DNA of 64,000 nucleotides from a virus. Lineage: Duplodnaviria; Caudoviricetes. Made by a program: the position numbers and the translations under genes. The stretch's first letter is position 1, and each line of letters starts with the position of its first letter. The notes below the pieces were generated by a model, which made no database searches, was not told where the DNA came from, and was given only the letters and a program-made list of their open reading frames with translations. This document shows, piece after piece, positions 61,570-64,000 of this stretch. The DNA lies in the IMG/VR virus record IMGVR_UViG_3300037067_006336, positions 98,118 to 162,117 of that record. One strand, given 5' to 3'.

Positions 61570-62418
61570 TTGGGGAAATTGCATTAAACATAAAAATTAA
61601 TAAAATGGAAACAATTAATAAAGAACCTGGTTTCGAGAAAGAATTAAATAAAGCACATAAGATATTTGGGGAGTCATTAGGTATGACCAAGTATGAATTA
61701 AGGGTGAGGGTTCGCGAGCATGTCAATGGTAGGAGGATTATGCTAATAGAAGACATCGTAAGTGTGGTAGCTTCCATACGAACCAGTATGAATAACAATA
61801 TATTATCACGGTGAATAACATTACAATTAAATAATTTTAATACTATGATGACAATTAAGGGAAAAATCGAGATAAAACACAGTTAATAGGTAAACAATTA
61901 CTGGTTGGTGATGAACCACGCGGTAAAATTATAGATTATGATCCAACAACAGGTGAAATCACGGCCGAAGTTGATGATGTAATCATCGAGTCATTACGGG
62001 ACAGGTTGCATGAACCGGTTGAATATAACGATTTCATTATCGTGAATTCGTCATTTACCGTGAAGAAACCATACAAGAACGAAACACAATTTAACCAGTA
62101 AATAATTAACATCATGAAGAAGTTAAAAGTAACGTACATCGATAATGGTATGATCAAGGAAGTTATATTGTTATCTAGTTCCTGGTGGAGCATTGGTTCT
62201 GAAATGAACAATGCTGGTATTTATGACCTGGATAAGGTATTGGAAATAAAGGTTATACCGTCAGAAACAACAGACAGGACAATTGGAATATAGGTTTTAA
62301 AACCTCGATTCCCCGTTCTCGGCAGTCATGAAAAACATTAAAAATAATTGGAAAAATATATAAATGCCCGGGGGTATCGACATTACCTGCAGGATATATT
62401 GAACACAAGTAATGAAAT

Positions 62419-62700
62419 ATGGGAAACACCAGCAACATCACTACGGTAGACACGATGAAGGTAAACTGGAACAAGTTAACACTGGGCGAGTTCATGAAGG
62501 TGGAATCGGAATACCAGTTATCTGGTAAGCTGATCGATAACAAGAGTATCAAGGACATGATAATAGTGGAGATATTCGGGAACAAGTACCAGGTAACAAG
62601 TACCATTTACAACAGGATCAAAGCTTGCAAGAACAATGATACCAGGTTGAAGATGATGAATGATGTAACCATAACACATTCCCCGCTGGAGGAACTTTAA
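62419..62700 (+). CDS. Hypothetical protein containing the protospacer for array 2 spacer 2
   Basis: ORF 29 nt after CAGGATAT at 62390; match at 62529-62558. Confidence 0.7.
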   Translation: MGNTSNITTVDTMKVNWNKLTLGEFMKVESEYQLSGKLIDNKSIKDMIIVEIFGNKYQVTSTIYNRIKACKNNDTRLKMMNDVTITHSPLEEL

Positions 62701-62731
62701 ACAATATAATTTAATCAAAAAAGTAATAATC

Positions 62732-63289
62732 ATGGATGAAAACTTAAGTGAAAGTCTTGGAACAGACCTTCAAGAAGGAGCCGTAACATCACCGGTTAAA
62801 AAAGAAAAAAGAATCCAAACCACGGAGGAAAGAGAAATACTCGTGAAAGGCTTGGAAGCAATCAAGAATTCAGGTGCTAGTCCCGAGTTGCTAAAGGTTG
62901 CCGAGCTAGCTATCGACTGGAATTCAGACAAGGAAACCACCGGTATTGCTAAAACAGTGTGCATCGAGTCATTCGGTGATATCGAGAAATTGAAAGATTT
63001 CACCACGTCGAGAATCGCTTCTGAAATTGATGAATTCAACGCCATCTCGAAGATCGTCCCAGTAATAAACAACATCAAGTCATTCTACGCTCGTCGACCT
63101 GGTGTCGGTCCACGCCAGCCAAAAACAAAGAAAATTCCCCTTGTTCAACTCGTGATAGATAACACTACTTACAGCGTTAACAAGTCTTACTTCGAGTCGT
63201 TGAAAGATATGCCTAGAGAGGAGAAAAGGGCTGCTATCCTGGCACATGCTGACACGAAGGCATACGAGGAAAACTTCGAACGCTTGTAG
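62732..63289 (+). CDS. Hypothetical protein
   Basis: ORF only. Confidence 0.6.
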   Translation: MDENLSESLGTDLQEGAVTSPVKKEKRIQTTEEREILVKGLEAIKNSGASPELLKVAELAIDWNSDKETTGIAKTVCIESFGDIEKLKDFTTSRIASEIDEFNAISKIVPVINNIKSFYARRPGVGPRQPKTKKIPLVQLVIDNTTYSVNKSYFESLKDMPREEKRAAILAHADTKAYEENFERL

Positions 63290-63638
63290 GAAACTAAAGA
63301 CAAACACCATGTGTTTGATGCCTGTCATACAACGCTGTTAGTGCGGGAGTACTTGAATTCCCCCGCTTGTCATTAGCTTTACAAGTGCTACCAGCGTGAC
63401 AGGTTAAATATACATGGTGAAATGGTGGGTGGTCGAAAACGTGCCTTGATGGCGTTACCACCCCTGGGGTGATACCAATGTAACCGGGAAAGTCACCTTA
63501 TTTTTACACGGGGTACTGGTTGTTAGAACATGAATGGACACACGTGAAATATTTTCTCTTTTCTTTGAAACTCGGAAATTACCATCACATCAGGCTATTT
63601 GAATTAACCACCTTAAAACGTTACCAATCATGTACCAA

Positions 63639-63664
63639 GTGGGGTTCGAATCCCCACTACCCCA
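63639..63664 (+). other. tRNA-like T-arm and acceptor 3' strand without a recognisable 5' half
   Basis: GTGGGGTTCGAATCCCCACTACCCCA. Confidence 0.35.
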
Positions 63665-63693
63665 CTTTTCCACTTCAATTCTCCAAGTTCCAG

Positions 63694-63728
63694 GCGGGAA
63701 CGATCCTAACAGGGCGTTCCCGCTTTTT
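63694..63728 (+). terminator. Intrinsic terminator
   Basis: GCGGGAACG..CGTTCCCGC followed by a T-run. Confidence 0.7.
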
Positions 63729-64000
63729 AATTCTAAGGTAAATACATGATAATTTAAACACGTATAAAATGGATATGAATAGATCAGCATACCTAACATG
63801 GAAAAAGAAAAACGTGACGTTGCGGGGTATCAAAAACAAGGAGAACTTGGAGGTTCCAAACAATGTGTACCCATCGTACGGGGCTGGGTTGTACACGGCC
63901 TTTTTATCAAATATGAAAATGGCCAAAGGTTACGGGGATGTTTACCTTGTACTGAACGCGAAACCATTGAAACCGGGAGTTGTTAACAACGTGAATGAAG

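Noticed and set aside
76-63926. Numerous minus-strand ORFs in the ORF track
   Set aside because: Antisense shadows of long + strand genes; only the IS481 transposase has recognisable motifs.

Overview
This window looks like part of a large T4-like/jumbo tailed-phage genome, probably infecting a Bacteroidota host (inferred from the AT-rich, SD-poor starts, the DGR type and the repeat style). Almost all genes are on the + strand. Core genes: terminase large subunit, two-subunit type II topoisomerase, primase-helicase fusion, ThyA-like enzyme, single-chain SbcD-SbcC fusion, class II ribonucleotide reductase, NAD-dependent ligase, DinG-like helicase, dCMP deaminase, three DNA methyltransferases and RNA-repair enzymes. 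Accessory elements: a diversity-generating retroelement (one TR, two VRs, RT), a circularly permuted two-piece tmRNA, an IS481 that splits a phage gene, and a recurrent CAGGATAT promoter-like motif. The most unusual element is a duplicated Cas-less module of a small ORF plus a CRISPR-like array. The first 36-nt repeat and first spacer encode the C-terminus of the ORF, and one spacer matches a gene in this window at 29/30 nt. All calls come from motif reading and alignment by eye; no searches were run.
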